A stretch of DNA of 64,000 nt from an uncultured Candidatus Saccharibacteria bacterium (GCA_964365185.1 CAYIOP010000003.1:40828-104827), one strand, 5' to 3'. Numbered from the stretch's first letter, positions 17,615 to 28,734 are shown. Notes: generated by a model not told the origin, from the letters alone. Numbers and translations are program-made.

Positions 17615-19678
17615 TTAGATGTCAAGGTTTTTTACCGTCAAAGCATGAAGTTCGATAAATTTCTTGCGCGGCGCCACCTCGTCTCCCATTAAAATATCAA
17701 ATAACCTGTCCGCCGCTTCCGCGTCCTCAACCCTCACTTGCATTAAAAATCTATGCGCCGGATCCATAGTTGTCTCCCATAACTGATCCGGATTCATCTC
17801 TCCTAAACCTTTATAACGCTGAATATTCACTCCCTTAATTTCTTCCTGAACTATATCTTCCTCTCCTTCTTTTGGCGCGTCATCTTTAATTTCTAAACTC
17901 TTATCTAAATTTTTCGCTTTTCGTTTCTCACTTCTCGCTTGTTGTACTTCTTTAATCGTCTTTTCTTTTTCGCCTTCAGTATAGGCGTAGCGAATTTCTT
18001 TTCCGGCAGAAATTCGATAAAGCGGCGGTTGAGCAATATATAAATATCCCGCCTCAATAATTTCTTTAAAATATCGGTAAAACAAAGTTAAAAGCAGTGT
18101 TCGAATATGCGCCCCGTCCACATCCGCATCCGTCATAATAATCACTTTGTGATATCTAATTTTTTCTAAATCAAACTCCTCCGCAATCGCTGTTCCAATC
18201 GCTGTGATGAGCGCCCGAATTTCTTGATTAGTAAGCATCTTATCTAATCTGGCTTTCTCAACATTTAAAATCTTGCCTTTAAGCGGCAGGATTGCTTGTG
18301 TTCGTCTGTCCCGGCCAGATTTCGCTGAGCCGCCGGCACTATCGCCCTCAACAATAAATAATTCCGACTCTACTGCTTCCTTCGAACTGCAATCAGCCAG
18401 CTTTCCCGGTAAAGTTAAACCTTCTAAAATCCCTTTTCTTAAAACCGTATCCCGAGCCGCCTTGGCCGCTTTTCTAGCTTTAGCTGCCAAAAGTACTTTC
18501 TCAATAATCCGCCTGGCTTCACCCGGATGCTTTTCAAAAAAATCTTTGAGGGTTTCGCCCACCACACTCTCCACCGCGGTTCTCGCCTCTGGATTGCCCA
18601 AACGAGCTTTGGTCTGCCCCTCAAACTGCGGCTCTCGAAGCTTTACCGACAATACCGCGGTTAAACCCTCTCGAGTGTCTTCGCTGGTTAAATTTTCATC
18701 CTTTTCTTTTAAATAGCCCTCGCTCCGGGAATAATTATTTAAAGTTCTGGTCAAGGCGGACCGAAACCCGGTCAAATGCATGCCGCCGTCCGGCGTATAA
18801 ATATTGTTGGCAAATGAATATTCTTTTGTCTCTAGGGCATCGGCAAAGATAAAAGCCGCCTCCACCTCAATATTTTCATGCTCCTTATTGGCGTAAAAAA
18901 TTTCTCCTTGCAATGATTTTTCTTTACGGCTTAAATATTTTACAAACGACAAAAGGCCGCCGTCAAAATAAAAACTATGGGCAAGCGGCAATTTTCCACG
19001 CCGATCAAAAAAACTGATTCTTACACCTTTAGTCAGATACGCCTGCTGTCGCAAATGTTCTATAATCCTCTTTGAATTAAACTCGATTTCTTTAAAAATC
19101 TGGCTGTCTGGCAAAAAAACCACTTTCGTTCCGGTTAAAGAAGAATTACCGATCTTTTTTACCTTGGCTTTTGGCTCTCCTCTTTGGTACTCCTGCATAT
19201 ACAAACCACCCTCCCTCTCCACTTCAACTTTAAGCCACTCGGATAAAGCATTGACCACTGATACTCCCACGCCGTGCAAGCCGCCCGCCACCTTATACGA
19301 TTCGCCTCCAAATTTTCCGCCGGCGTGAAGCGTGGTTAAAACCGTCTCAAGCGCCGATTTCTTGGTCTGCTTATGAACTTCAACCGGTATCCCCCGGCCA
19401 TCGTCCATTACGCTCACTTGATTATTGGCCAAAAGTTCCACGCTAATATTCTTAGCATGCCCGGCCATGGCTTCGTCGATCGAATTATCAACCACTTCCC
19501 AAATTAAATGGTGGAGTCCGTCAGTCCCGGTTGAACCAATATACATCCCCGGCCGCTTCCGAACCGGCTCTAAACCCTCCAAAACATAAATATCATCCGC
19601 GCCATAGGAGGGTTTTTTGTCTTTAACTGCCAACTCCGACGCCTTCACTTTTTGGTCTTTTTTAGCTTCTTTTGCCAT
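17615..19678 (-). CDS. gyrB: DNA gyrase subunit B
   Basis: VRKRPGMYIG, EGDSAGG, PLKGKILN, QRYKGLGEM. Confidence 0.98.
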   Translation of the reverse strand: MAKEAKKDQKVKASELAVKDKKPSYGADDIYVLEGLEPVRKRPGMYIGSTGTDGLHHLIWEVVDNSIDEAMAGHAKNISVELLANNQVSVMDDGRGIPVEVHKQTKKSALETVLTTLHAGGKFGGESYKVAGGLHGVGVSVVNALSEWLKVEVEREGGLYMQEYQRGEPKAKVKKIGNSSLTGTKVVFLPDSQIFKEIEFNSKRIIEHLRQQAYLTKGVRISFFDRRGKLPLAHSFYFDGGLLSFVKYLSRKEKSLQGEIFYANKEHENIEVEAAFIFADALETKEYSFANNIYTPDGGMHLTGFRSALTRTLNNYSRSEGYLKEKDENLTSEDTREGLTAVLSVKLREPQFEGQTKARLGNPEARTAVESVVGETLKDFFEKHPGEARRIIEKVLLAAKARKAAKAARDTVLRKGILEGLTLPGKLADCSSKEAVESELFIVEGDSAGGSAKSGRDRRTQAILPLKGKILNVEKARLDKMLTNQEIRALITAIGTAIAEEFDLEKIRYHKVIIMTDADVDGAHIRTLLLTLFYRYFKEIIEAGYLYIAQPPLYRISAGKEIRYAYTEGEKEKTIKEVQQARSEKRKAKNLDKSLEIKDDAPKEGEEDIVQEEIKGVNIQRYKGLGEMNPDQLWETTMDPAHRFLMQVRVEDAEAADRLFDILMGDEVAPRKKFIELHALTVKNLDI

Positions 19679-19828
19679 TTAAGATAATTTAAAATAAGGC
19701 CTGCTTGGCCAATATTATTATTTACATTATAGCAAAAAAATCACCCCTAAACAACAGCAAAATTTTGTAGGTAATTTTCTAAATTTAGACCTTTCCTCTA
19801 AGAAAAAAATCGTTTATTTCAATCAATC

Positions 19829-19895
19829 AAGGTTTTATAAATAATTTTCTGACTTAGACCTTTTGGCTAGGAAGAAAATTTTTAATCTAAACTTT
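19829..19895. repeat. Hairpin repeat family C (conserved loop GACTTAGRCCTTTTGGCTAGGA)
   Basis: Other copies at 2071-2114, 27103-27172 and 41473-41538; a degenerate copy at about 19764-19810. Confidence 0.85.
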
Positions 19896-19955
19896 TAAAT
19901 AATTTGTCCTTAGTCCTTAGTCATCAGCCATCAGTCATTAGTTATTAGTTATTTG

Positions 19956-22262
19956 TCATTGTGCTAACCCCAAATCCCTCAAAATCGGCAGAATCACTTC
20001 ATAACCAATAATATTTTTTATGTCTACAACTTCCATTAATTTTAAAAACTCATTCCGAGCTAAATCACTTTCTCCTCGATAAAAATACGCCACAGCCAAT
20101 TTCGCCAATGACTCCGAATCTACATCACGGCCGCTCATAGCTACCGCCGTCTTATAAAATTCTATCGCCTCATCTAAATATCCTGCGTCAGCAAAAAAAT
20201 TTGCCACAATTCTCGGCTCGTTAAAATTTCTCCATCTCCGGCCTAATTCAATAGCTTTCTTTATCTCGTCATAACCAGTTTTAGTATCGCCCGCATCAAA
20301 AGACAAAAGACCGTAATAAAAATGAGCATCCGGAACTTTAGGATTAAGTTCCAAACCATATCTCACTAACTCTAACGCCTCTTCTCTTTCTCCTTTTATC
20401 AACTTGGTCTTAGCAAGAGAAAAATAAACCTGCTGCCTGTCTGGACTAAGTTCTAAAGCGATCTTCGCTTCTTGTTCCGCCTTAGACGTAAGCAGTGCCA
20501 AATCTAAATCCGAAACCTGATTATATAAATCAATCAACATATAATGATTAAAGGCGTCTTTTGGATGTTCATCTTTTGTCTCCTCCATTGCTTTTATCGC
20601 CAACCAAACCTCCTCTTTAGCTGAATCACCTAAAACTCCAAGATGGCCATAAAAATAATTCTCGGCCACTGTCGCCGCGTAATCACGCTTAAAATCCCAA
20701 GCATAAGGAGTCCAAACTTCAATACCTTTTTTAAAACTCGCAATAGCTAATTTCGAATTGCTTTTCACAAAACTGGTAAATCCAAGATACTGATAATAGC
20801 CCGCCCTCATCACATTAATATTTAAAACGTAAACCAAAATCAAACTTACTAGTATCGCCGATGAAACCATTATGACCCCCTTATCGTTATTATGGCTCTT
20901 CTCAAGTTTTTGATGATTAACATTTACCTCTTGAATCTCAACCTTTTTTAGATTTCCACCAACAAAACCAATCAGTAAATAAAAAATTAAAAGCGGTCCC
21001 AAGGTATCAAAAACAAAAAAACTTCTTATGAGATATGTCGTAAGCGTCACCGCGATAATCTGCCCTAAAAATTTATCCTTCAACTTAAACGCGCCGTAAA
21101 AAAGAACGCCCACTAAAAAAATAAAAGCTAAAAATAAAACCGCGCCCCCGGTAACCAAATACTCCAAAAAAAGATTATGCGGTTTATCAAAACGGGTTTC
21201 CTGATAACCCATTTCAAGCGTTTTAGGGTCATAGTGCTTGTTAAAAGGCAAATTAAAATTTTCATAGCCCCAACCCAAGATCGGCTTTTCTTTAAATCCT
21301 TCCCAAGCCGAACTCATTGCCGATAACCTCGGCATCAATTCCTGACTGGAAAAAGAAACATTCTGAAAACGATTAATACCCGGCACCTTACTCCAAAAAG
21401 AATTGGACTTAGTTGCTAAAAAAACAAAACCTAAAAAAACTACTAATAAAAATACGGACAAATAAACATAACGGCTTTTAAAAAAATTAACCTTAAACCT
21501 CGGTGGTCGAAACGCAAAAAATCCTAAAATCATCAGCAAGCCAACCATCAAACCCAAAATATCACCCCTGGTCTCTGTTCTAAAAATACCAGCGACATTT
21601 AAAACCAAAGTTAAACTAACTAAAATAACTCCATAACTTTTTTTATTAATCGCCCCGAAAAAATCATTATCTTCTCTAAAAAAATTAAAAAGAAAATAAA
21701 GCGCCAAAAAAACGTGGGGTAAAAGATAGCCAGCCAGAAATGTCGGATTGCCAAAAGTCGCCCCCGGCCTTGTTCCGATCGGCTCATTTAAAAGCAAATC
21801 CGGTTTAAAAATCTGCCAAAAAGCCAAAATAGAAATTATTGAGGAAGTAATCAATGACGCGTAAAAAACCTTTTTCCAATTAATCTCGCGAGCTAAAGAA
21901 GAAAGCACGGCCGCTAAAGCCGCGAAATGAAAAATTGTGATTACTCCGAGCGCCCGGCTCTGTGTTGACCAAAAACTCCTAAAAATATCTTCTCCTAAAA
22001 ACGCCGTGACCGCTAAAACAAAAATAAAAACTAGAAGTCCGATTAAAACTATATTTTTTTTTAATCGATAACGCTTATCAATCAAAATTAAGGCCAGCCA
22101 CAAAAAAAACAAAATCTCCACCACTCCTTGAAAAAAAGCGGTTTTGGGCAAAGTGTAAGGCAAAACACTCTGTTTAATATAAAAAAGCGGAACACCAATA
22201 ACCGTTACTAAAACCAAAAACTTAATTGTTTTAATTAAAAAATCTCGAAGTTTATTACTCAT
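19956..22262 (-). CDS. O-antigen ligase/O-oligosaccharyltransferase family membrane protein with C-terminal TPRs
   Basis: About 12 TMs, TFGNP, TRG, GWGYENF, DKPHN (Wzy_C), TPR repeats. Confidence 0.85.
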   Translation of the reverse strand: MSNKLRDFLIKTIKFLVLVTVIGVPLFYIKQSVLPYTLPKTAFFQGVVEILFFLWLALILIDKRYRLKKNIVLIGLLVFIFVLAVTAFLGEDIFRSFWSTQSRALGVITIFHFAALAAVLSSLAREINWKKVFYASLITSSIISILAFWQIFKPDLLLNEPIGTRPGATFGNPTFLAGYLLPHVFLALYFLFNFFREDNDFFGAINKKSYGVILVSLTLVLNVAGIFRTETRGDILGLMVGLLMILGFFAFRPPRFKVNFFKSRYVYLSVFLLVVFLGFVFLATKSNSFWSKVPGINRFQNVSFSSQELMPRLSAMSSAWEGFKEKPILGWGYENFNLPFNKHYDPKTLEMGYQETRFDKPHNLFLEYLVTGGAVLFLAFIFLVGVLFYGAFKLKDKFLGQIIAVTLTTYLIRSFFVFDTLGPLLIFYLLIGFVGGNLKKVEIQEVNVNHQKLEKSHNNDKGVIMVSSAILVSLILVYVLNINVMRAGYYQYLGFTSFVKSNSKLAIASFKKGIEVWTPYAWDFKRDYAATVAENYFYGHLGVLGDSAKEEVWLAIKAMEETKDEHPKDAFNHYMLIDLYNQVSDLDLALLTSKAEQEAKIALELSPDRQQVYFSLAKTKLIKGEREEALELVRYGLELNPKVPDAHFYYGLLSFDAGDTKTGYDEIKKAIELGRRWRNFNEPRIVANFFADAGYLDEAIEFYKTAVAMSGRDVDSESLAKLAVAYFYRGESDLARNEFLKLMEVVDIKNIIGYEVILPILRDLGLAQ

Positions 22263-22325
22263 CTCAAATCTAATTTTACCAGTTTTATCAGCCCTAAGCT
22301 ATATTCCTTAGAAATCGTAAAAACA

Positions 22326-22354
22326 AACCAGCCCCGCTAAAAGCGGGGCTGGTT
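22326..22354 (-). terminator. Intrinsic terminator after the S-layer-like gene
   Basis: AACCAGCCCCGC-TAAAA-GCGGGGCTGGTT followed by a U-rich tail on the minus strand. Confidence 0.75.
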
Positions 22355-22408
22355 CTGCTTTAGATCTCAGGCACAAGGAAACTGAAATCCTAAGCCAAAA
22401 CTCTTAAA

Positions 22409-25400
22409 CTACAAGCCAGACGTAAAGTTCACAGTGCTTATAGGAATTGCTACCAAAGTCTTGGTCGGCAAGGTAAGCTCTGAAACTCCAGCTCCATCCG
22501 TAGCATCTGTCCACTTAATATGAGCTAGAGCATTAATCTCCGCTGTTAATGTCTGAATAACATTCGCCGCCCCAGCCAAAGTCTTAGTCAAATCAAGTCG
22601 TAAAGTCCACGTCCTAGAGGTGCCTTTGCCGACTATCTGACCAGCTGTGGTAGCGCCTAAGATAAAGCTCTTGGAGCAAGTAGTAGTACCACCTGCGCAA
22701 GCCGTAGATGTCACATTACCGCTTCCTAAAGCAGTATTATTCTCATCCAGCAAAGTTACTCCATCCAAGAAAGTGCTAATCGAAGGAGCACTACCCGAGA
22801 AAGTTACAGTCACGCTATTGACCACTAAGTCACCCGCATTATCAGCGCTAAAGGTAAGTTGGGCAAAATTATCCGAAGCACTCTTGCCTCTTCCAGTTGT
22901 CGCTCCAAGCGGCGTAGCAGTAAAGCCAAGCTTAGTTCGAAGCATAGTCATCGTATTCATTGTCGTTCCCGGCAATGAAACCGATGAAGTCGCGGACGAG
23001 GTCTTGCCATAAGCCACCACAACTTCTCCGGCGGTATCTATCGCGGTATCAGCTGTTGTAGTTGAAACTCTAAAGATGTGAGTGGTGTTATCAACTACTC
23101 CCGAATTACTGTAGCTTCCAACATCACCTTTCAAAGTCAAGAGAACTGAATTAGATCTCGGGACAATAAGCGGATCCGTGAATGTGAATTTGTGGTAATA
23201 ACCAGGACCTGGGCCAGATGTTGAAGCATAGGTCGTCTGGATTCCTACGGTCGCTATCAACGTACCTCCATTATAAAGATTCAAATTCCCAAAACCTTTC
23301 TTTGTAGTAGTGGTTGACGCTACTTGCTGGAAGACATAAAGATCAGTCACCTTTATATCATCAATGTTCGAGGTCTCAGCTAATCGGAAATAACCCAAAT
23401 CAACACCATTGGTCCCCATCACGATCTGATCTGATGGAGCTTTTGAGGTGTCGTGAGTTACGGTAAGCGTTGCCTGACCAGCCACCTTAACGTCTTGGCC
23501 AGCAGTCGAAGTGCAGCTAATTGAAGTATTAGTAGCTGCTCCTGATCCACTGCAAGCGCTAAGTGTTGTTACTGTCGCGTAAGTATTGGCCGCTGCTCCA
23601 GTTAAGATATCAGCTATCACGTCCACTGTCTTTGACTGACCAGCTGGAAGATTCAAACTACCAGTAAAGGTATAAGTAGCTGAAGCTGTTAGTGTCGGCT
23701 GGGTAGTGCCAAATTGCTGACTACCACTCATCAACTTCAAATTTTGGAAGTTGGTTGAGCTAGCGCTGGTTAAAATGCTAATCGTTGAAAGATTAACGCC
23801 TTCTGCCGAAGAAGCAGTTAACCTATAAGAACCAATTACCACCCCTTGGGCGCCAGCTGAATAAGTTACAGTGCCATAAGCCGGGTTTTGAGCCAGAGTT
23901 AAGGCATTCGCCGCTAAGGTGAGCACACTGCCGGTCACTGACGCGCTTGAAGCTGTGTTCGAAGAAGTCACGCCAGTTAAGTTGCTACTACCAGCATTAA
24001 GCCCAGCTCTTAGCGTAGAAAAGTCAGCTGTTGATTGAATATCACCTTTTAAGGTAAGGATTACGGCAGTATTGGCCGGAACCACATAGTTAATCGGTGA
24101 AGTCGAGTTACCAAAACAATTTACAGGCGTGCTGGTTGCTTGAGAATCACCGCTATCCGTACAAGTTGTATCCGTCATCAAAGATGAAACCGTTGAACCA
24201 ACCTGGTTCCCTCTATCATCCGTCAGAGAGATGTTTTTAATGGTGTTATCAAGATTAACCGTGCCGCCAGTAAACGTCAAATTAAAAGTCAAATGCTTCA
24301 CTCTTAACGCTTCACCAGCCGCGTAGATTTTAACTTTAAGTAAAGGTGTGTTGCTGCCACCCTTAGCCACATTGCCAGTCGGGGTATCCGTTGACAAGGT
24401 AACCGTGAGCGCTCCGGCGTTAATTGTGACGGTCGCGCTGGTAGTATCAGTTAAGGTAACTTTAATTGGAGTATTATACTGGGTGTCAATCGCGCTCACG
24501 TTGAAAGAATCATAGAATCCAAAATTAAAACTTCGATTCGGACTTCCCATTACATCAGCGTAAACTTGAATTGTATTATTCCCAGTTGTGAGCTTCACCA
24601 CGCTCGCGGAAAGGTCAAAATTGACATCGCCGCCAGCCGCGGAAGCTATCGTCGAACCAACATCAGCTCCATTAATCTTAAGTTTAAGGTTTTTCAGATC
24701 AGCTTTTTCGGCTGAACCAACCGCTTTTAAGGTTAAGCTCTTAATATTCACTGGGCTGTTTCCGACATTAAAATTCCAAGCCGAAACAATCACCCCTTGG
24801 GTACCAGCGTCAACGCTGGTTCCAATTGACGAAGAAGTAACCACTAAGGTAGCGATGCTCGGATTAGAAACCGTAGTCACTGTAAAGGTGGCTCCGTTTA
24901 ATGGGAAAGTGCCAGCTGGCGTGATGCTCGTACTATTGGCATCAGTCGCCATGACATCTGTCGCAGCCAGCAAACTAAAGGAGATAGTATTTCCGGCTGT
25001 AAGTCCTGAGGCTGGATCGATCGCCAACCAAACCTTCTTGGTCTGACCAGCATTGATATCAATGTCCAACCCAGTAAAGGTAATAACACCGCTTGAAAGC
25101 GAACTATATTGGGCAATAACTTTATTAGTGCCACCATCAACAATGTACGCTCCAGAGATGCCATTATCAGCCACTACTCCTCCTTTCTTAAACTTAAGTT
25201 CTGTCACGCTAACTCCACCCGAAGTTCCAGCCGTGAGATTAACTCCCAAAACTGGGGTTCGGCCAGCGCCAGCGATCAAAGAACCAGTTGTTGGATTATC
25301 AGAAGCATAACCAACCGCTAATCCACTTGAAGGAGCTGGTGGTTGACCAGGTCCAGGAGGAACATATCCGCCACCGCCTGCAAGCGCTGTGTATTTGGCT

Positions 25401-25831
25401 TTTGATTTAGCGCCAAAATAACCCGCTGTTGGCGTAACGCCGTTGGCTGCCTGCCAAGCTGAAACCGCTGCTTTGGTCTTAGCGCCAAAGTAATTTGATT
25501 CAGCCCCAGGCGCGCCCGGACCAGCTGTTGACACTGTAAATCCAGCGCCGTTTAGGTACTTCTGTAAACACATAACGTCGTCGCCAGTCACACCCATGGT
25601 GAGGTCACGAGTGAAACCACAAGCGCCGCCGGTTGGAGGAGTACCGCCTTGGCCTTGAATTTGCGCAGTGAGCGCTGCAATTTGAGCCATTAACGAATTA
25701 ATCATCGCTTGAAGCTCTGAAACAGTTTGTCCATGAGCCACTGGAATAGTGGGGACAAACATCATCACTCCCGAGAATCCCACAAAAGTGGCCATCGCGA
25801 GTGATAAAGAAACAATTTTCTTAGTACTCAT
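22409..25831 (-). CDS. Large secreted S-layer-like protein with N-terminal peptidoglycan-binding domain
   Basis: Signal peptide, coiled coil, FTRDLTMG..DV..LQKYLN..YFG..TKAAV..WQ, then T/S/G-rich beta-sandwich repeats. Confidence 0.85.
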   Translation of the reverse strand: MSTKKIVSLSLAMATFVGFSGVMMFVPTIPVAHGQTVSELQAMINSLMAQIAALTAQIQGQGGTPPTGGACGFTRDLTMGVTGDDVMCLQKYLNGAGFTVSTAGPGAPGAESNYFGAKTKAAVSAWQAANGVTPTAGYFGAKSKAKYTALAGGGGYVPPGPGQPPAPSSGLAVGYASDNPTTGSLIAGAGRTPVLGVNLTAGTSGGVSVTELKFKKGGVVADNGISGAYIVDGGTNKVIAQYSSLSSGVITFTGLDIDINAGQTKKVWLAIDPASGLTAGNTISFSLLAATDVMATDANSTSITPAGTFPLNGATFTVTTVSNPSIATLVVTSSSIGTSVDAGTQGVIVSAWNFNVGNSPVNIKSLTLKAVGSAEKADLKNLKLKINGADVGSTIASAAGGDVNFDLSASVVKLTTGNNTIQVYADVMGSPNRSFNFGFYDSFNVSAIDTQYNTPIKVTLTDTTSATVTINAGALTVTLSTDTPTGNVAKGGSNTPLLKVKIYAAGEALRVKHLTFNLTFTGGTVNLDNTIKNISLTDDRGNQVGSTVSSLMTDTTCTDSGDSQATSTPVNCFGNSTSPINYVVPANTAVILTLKGDIQSTADFSTLRAGLNAGSSNLTGVTSSNTASSASVTGSVLTLAANALTLAQNPAYGTVTYSAGAQGVVIGSYRLTASSAEGVNLSTISILTSASSTNFQNLKLMSGSQQFGTTQPTLTASATYTFTGSLNLPAGQSKTVDVIADILTGAAANTYATVTTLSACSGSGAATNTSISCTSTAGQDVKVAGQATLTVTHDTSKAPSDQIVMGTNGVDLGYFRLAETSNIDDIKVTDLYVFQQVASTTTTKKGFGNLNLYNGGTLIATVGIQTTYASTSGPGPGYYHKFTFTDPLIVPRSNSVLLTLKGDVGSYSNSGVVDNTTHIFRVSTTTADTAIDTAGEVVVAYGKTSSATSSVSLPGTTMNTMTMLRTKLGFTATPLGATTGRGKSASDNFAQLTFSADNAGDLVVNSVTVTFSGSAPSISTFLDGVTLLDENNTALGSGNVTSTACAGGTTTCSKSFILGATTAGQIVGKGTSRTWTLRLDLTKTLAGAANVIQTLTAEINALAHIKWTDATDGAGVSELTLPTKTLVAIPISTVNFTSGL

Positions 25832-26315
25832 TATTTAATTTATTTTTAATCGACTTAATTATTTTTTACTTATCAATCTCGACCTTTACCCGCCTAAATT
25901 TTAGGAGGGGTTTATATACTTACGTTCGTTCGGTAATGACCAATTTTTTATTTTCGACCGACCGCCAATCTAAGTGAGGATTAGAGGCAGAAGAAATAAA
26001 AAATATAAGTCAGTTAATATCAATAATAAAAAAATCGCTCTGTCTAGAGCGAAGCTGAAAAAAATAAGTTTAGTTTATAGAAATATTAAGGTTTTAGCGC
26101 AAGCGCCAAAGCCCCCTATCACCTATAACCTAACACCTAATTTATAGTCCAGCCTCACTCTGAACTTTTTACCTACTTATTATATTGCCAAGTTAAGTAT
26201 TAACTCTGTGGAAAACTATTAGTCCGCTTAACCGGCACATATAGAATAAAACGAACTATCTCCCAAAAAGTTACCCACGCACCAGTCCCACTAAACGGGA
26301 TGGTACGGACTTCGC

Positions 26316-27029
26316 TTATCTTTTTAGTCGATAATAAGTGGAAGGACCTCCATTTCCAAAACGCTCTATCGAACCAGAATTTACCAATTTTTCAAGATCA
26401 TATCTAATAGTTCTTTCGCTAATATCCGGAAAAACATTCTGTAAATCTCTAAGTCGGCAATATCCGCTTTCTCTAACCTTATTTAAAATAACACCATGGC
26501 GTTCATCACTCGGTAAAGAAGAAATCTTTGCCGCATTGCCTGATATTGCCGGTTTCAAACCTTCATTATAGATGGTGTTGGATTGACTATAATTATTTAA
26601 GATCAAACTATCAACGCTGCTACGAACCTCTTTTTTATTACTAAAAACAACATCCAATCCACTCAAAGTTTCTTTATTCCCAATATTAGAATCAGAAAAA
26701 ATATCAGCTAGTTCAACATCACTAATCTTTGCCGCATTGCCGTATTCTTCAATTGCCGAATTAAGTTTATCTAATTCACTAACAATAACCTGAACAGTAT
26801 TGTAGCCCAACAAACCAACTCCACTCCCAAGTTTAAGCAAATTATCTAAAATCCGAATCTCTTTTAAAGCTCCATCAAACTTAGCCTCTCCAATCGCCTC
26901 TATAATCTTCAAAACTCTTTCTTCTAAAGATCGCCCCAAACTATGCTCTTTGACTTGTTGACTAACTACCCGTAAAACCGCGTAGGCGATTTCAAAAGAT
27001 TTTTGAGATAAAAAACTAGAGTTATCCAC
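26316..27029 (-). CDS. Helical-bundle plus C-terminal DeoR-like winged-HTH protein
   Basis: ISERTIRYDLEKL..G.IER.G..Y. Confidence 0.75.
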   Translation of the reverse strand: MDNSSFLSQKSFEIAYAVLRVVSQQVKEHSLGRSLEERVLKIIEAIGEAKFDGALKEIRILDNLLKLGSGVGLLGYNTVQVIVSELDKLNSAIEEYGNAAKISDVELADIFSDSNIGNKETLSGLDVVFSNKKEVRSSVDSLILNNYSQSNTIYNEGLKPAISGNAAKISSLPSDERHGVILNKVRESGYCRLRDLQNVFPDISERTIRYDLEKLVNSGSIERFGNGGPSTYYRLKR

Positions 27030-27177
27030 AGCCCCCAGTATATTCCGATCTCCAAAACGAAGTCAACCCAACGCGACATTATTCGAAAATCTTGATTCTC
27101 TCTCAAAGTTTTATGAATGATTTTCTGACTTAGGCCTTTTGGCTTGGAAGAAAATTATTTACAAAACTTTGATCTTC

Positions 27178-27981
27178 CTACTTAACTCCAAAATTACGGT
27201 GATTAGCTAAAAACCGGCTGGCCTTATCTAAGCTTTCAATAGTTCCACAATCAAGATATTCTCCGCTAAACTCAAGACCAAAAATTTTGCCGCGAGATTT
27301 AATTTCTCTCTCAAATCCGTCAGTAATCGGCAAACAATCATTGGTCAAAAAACCGCCCTTGGCCCGCTTTAAAAATTTCATTTGCTTCAAAATTGAGGGT
27401 AGCAATATGTAAGCTCCCATAATCACCAGATTCGAAGGCGCGTCTTTTTGCTTGGGCTTCTCGATAATTTTCGAAATCCGGTAAATCTGGGGGTTTGATT
27501 TTAATTTTTCAGCCGCCACCACTCCAAATCTTGAAACTTTATTTTTGGGTATCCTTCTCAAAATTAAAATCGATGAGTTAAGTTTGGAAAATGAGTTAAG
27601 CAACGATTTGGTAACCGACTCATCAACATAAAAAATATCATCGCAAAATCTAAGTCCAAAGGGCTCTTTTTTAATTAAATCTTCCGCTGGCAATATCGCA
27701 TCCCCAGTTCCCAAAGGCGCATCTTGCGTCCTAAGAAAAAACTGCAGATGTTTAAATTTTTTTTGAAATTGAGCCAAATGTTTTCTAAAAAAATCCTTTT
27801 GGATTGGGTTAATCACCAAAACCGCCCGCTTAATACTGGTCCCTCTGGTCTCTTCTAAAACATATTCAATTAAAGTTTTTCCGTTCGCCTTAATTAAGGC
27901 CTTGGGAGTTTTTAAGGTTAAAGGATAAAGACGCTTTCCTAGCCCGGCTACCGGCAATATTAAACTCCTAACTTGATTCAT
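27178..27981 (-). CDS. Sugar-phosphate nucleotidyltransferase (GalU-like)
   Basis: PVAGLGKRLYPLT..PK, IEKP, DCGT. Confidence 0.88.
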   Translation of the reverse strand: MNQVRSLILPVAGLGKRLYPLTLKTPKALIKANGKTLIEYVLEETRGTSIKRAVLVINPIQKDFFRKHLAQFQKKFKHLQFFLRTQDAPLGTGDAILPAEDLIKKEPFGLRFCDDIFYVDESVTKSLLNSFSKLNSSILILRRIPKNKVSRFGVVAAEKLKSNPQIYRISKIIEKPKQKDAPSNLVIMGAYILLPSILKQMKFLKRAKGGFLTNDCLPITDGFEREIKSRGKIFGLEFSGEYLDCGTIESLDKASRFLANHRNFGVK

Positions 27982-28002
27982 ATTTTAACATTTAGAAAAA
28001 AA

Positions 28003-28734
28003 TCAAAGCCCAAAATCCGTGCTCGCTAAAATAAAAACCGTAAAACAAAATAAAACCGTGAAATTTATTAAAATCTTACGCCGATTTAATTCACCTCTTA
28101 AATAAGAGAGCATCGCCTCCATTAAAAACCACGCTACTATAAAAAGCATTACTGACCTATAAAAAGGACTAAACGGCAAAAAAACCATCACCCAAATTAG
28201 CTGCCAAATCCAAAATGACAAAAATCCGGCAATCAAAGATTTTCTAAAACCATCCACTCTTACCTCTTTTGTCTTAAAAAACTCATCGTATTGAGTCACA
28301 TTCAAAAATAAAAAGAAGAGAATGATCGCTACTCCAAACGATCCCAAAATCATTCCAACTCCCAACCAATCTTGAACTTGACTAAAAAATACCCAAAAAA
28401 GAATAAGCGCAATGCCAAAAATCGCCGCTTCATAACTCGATCTCCTCTTAATAAAAAGTAAATCCTTAACCCCAAAAATCATATAAAAAATAAAAGCTAT
28501 AAGGAACGCCAACCAAAAACTTTTATCCGCCAACCCTGGCGAAATTAAAACCAAAAACAACAAAAACGGAAAAAGAAATTTAAACGACTTAAAAAACGGG
28601 AAAAAATAAAAAAACAAAGCCAGACTCAAAAAAATCAAGAAAGGAAAGTAGGCCCAGGCCAAACCTAAGAACCCGGCCTTAGCTACTAAAGACCAATGAA
28701 TTTGCTTTAAAGTTAACTTTAACTCGGTCGCCAT
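28003..28734 (-). CDS. Multi-pass membrane protein
   Basis: About 8 TMs; 5' end overlaps the clpB 3' end. Confidence 0.65.
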   Translation of the reverse strand: MATELKLTLKQIHWSLVAKAGFLGLAWAYFPFLIFLSLALFFYFFPFFKSFKFLFPFLLFLVLISPGLADKSFWLAFLIAFIFYMIFGVKDLLFIKRRSSYEAAIFGIALILFWVFFSQVQDWLGVGMILGSFGVAIILFFLFLNVTQYDEFFKTKEVRVDGFRKSLIAGFLSFWIWQLIWVMVFLPFSPFYRSVMLFIVAWFLMEAMLSYLRGELNRRKILINFTVLFCFTVFILASTDFGL

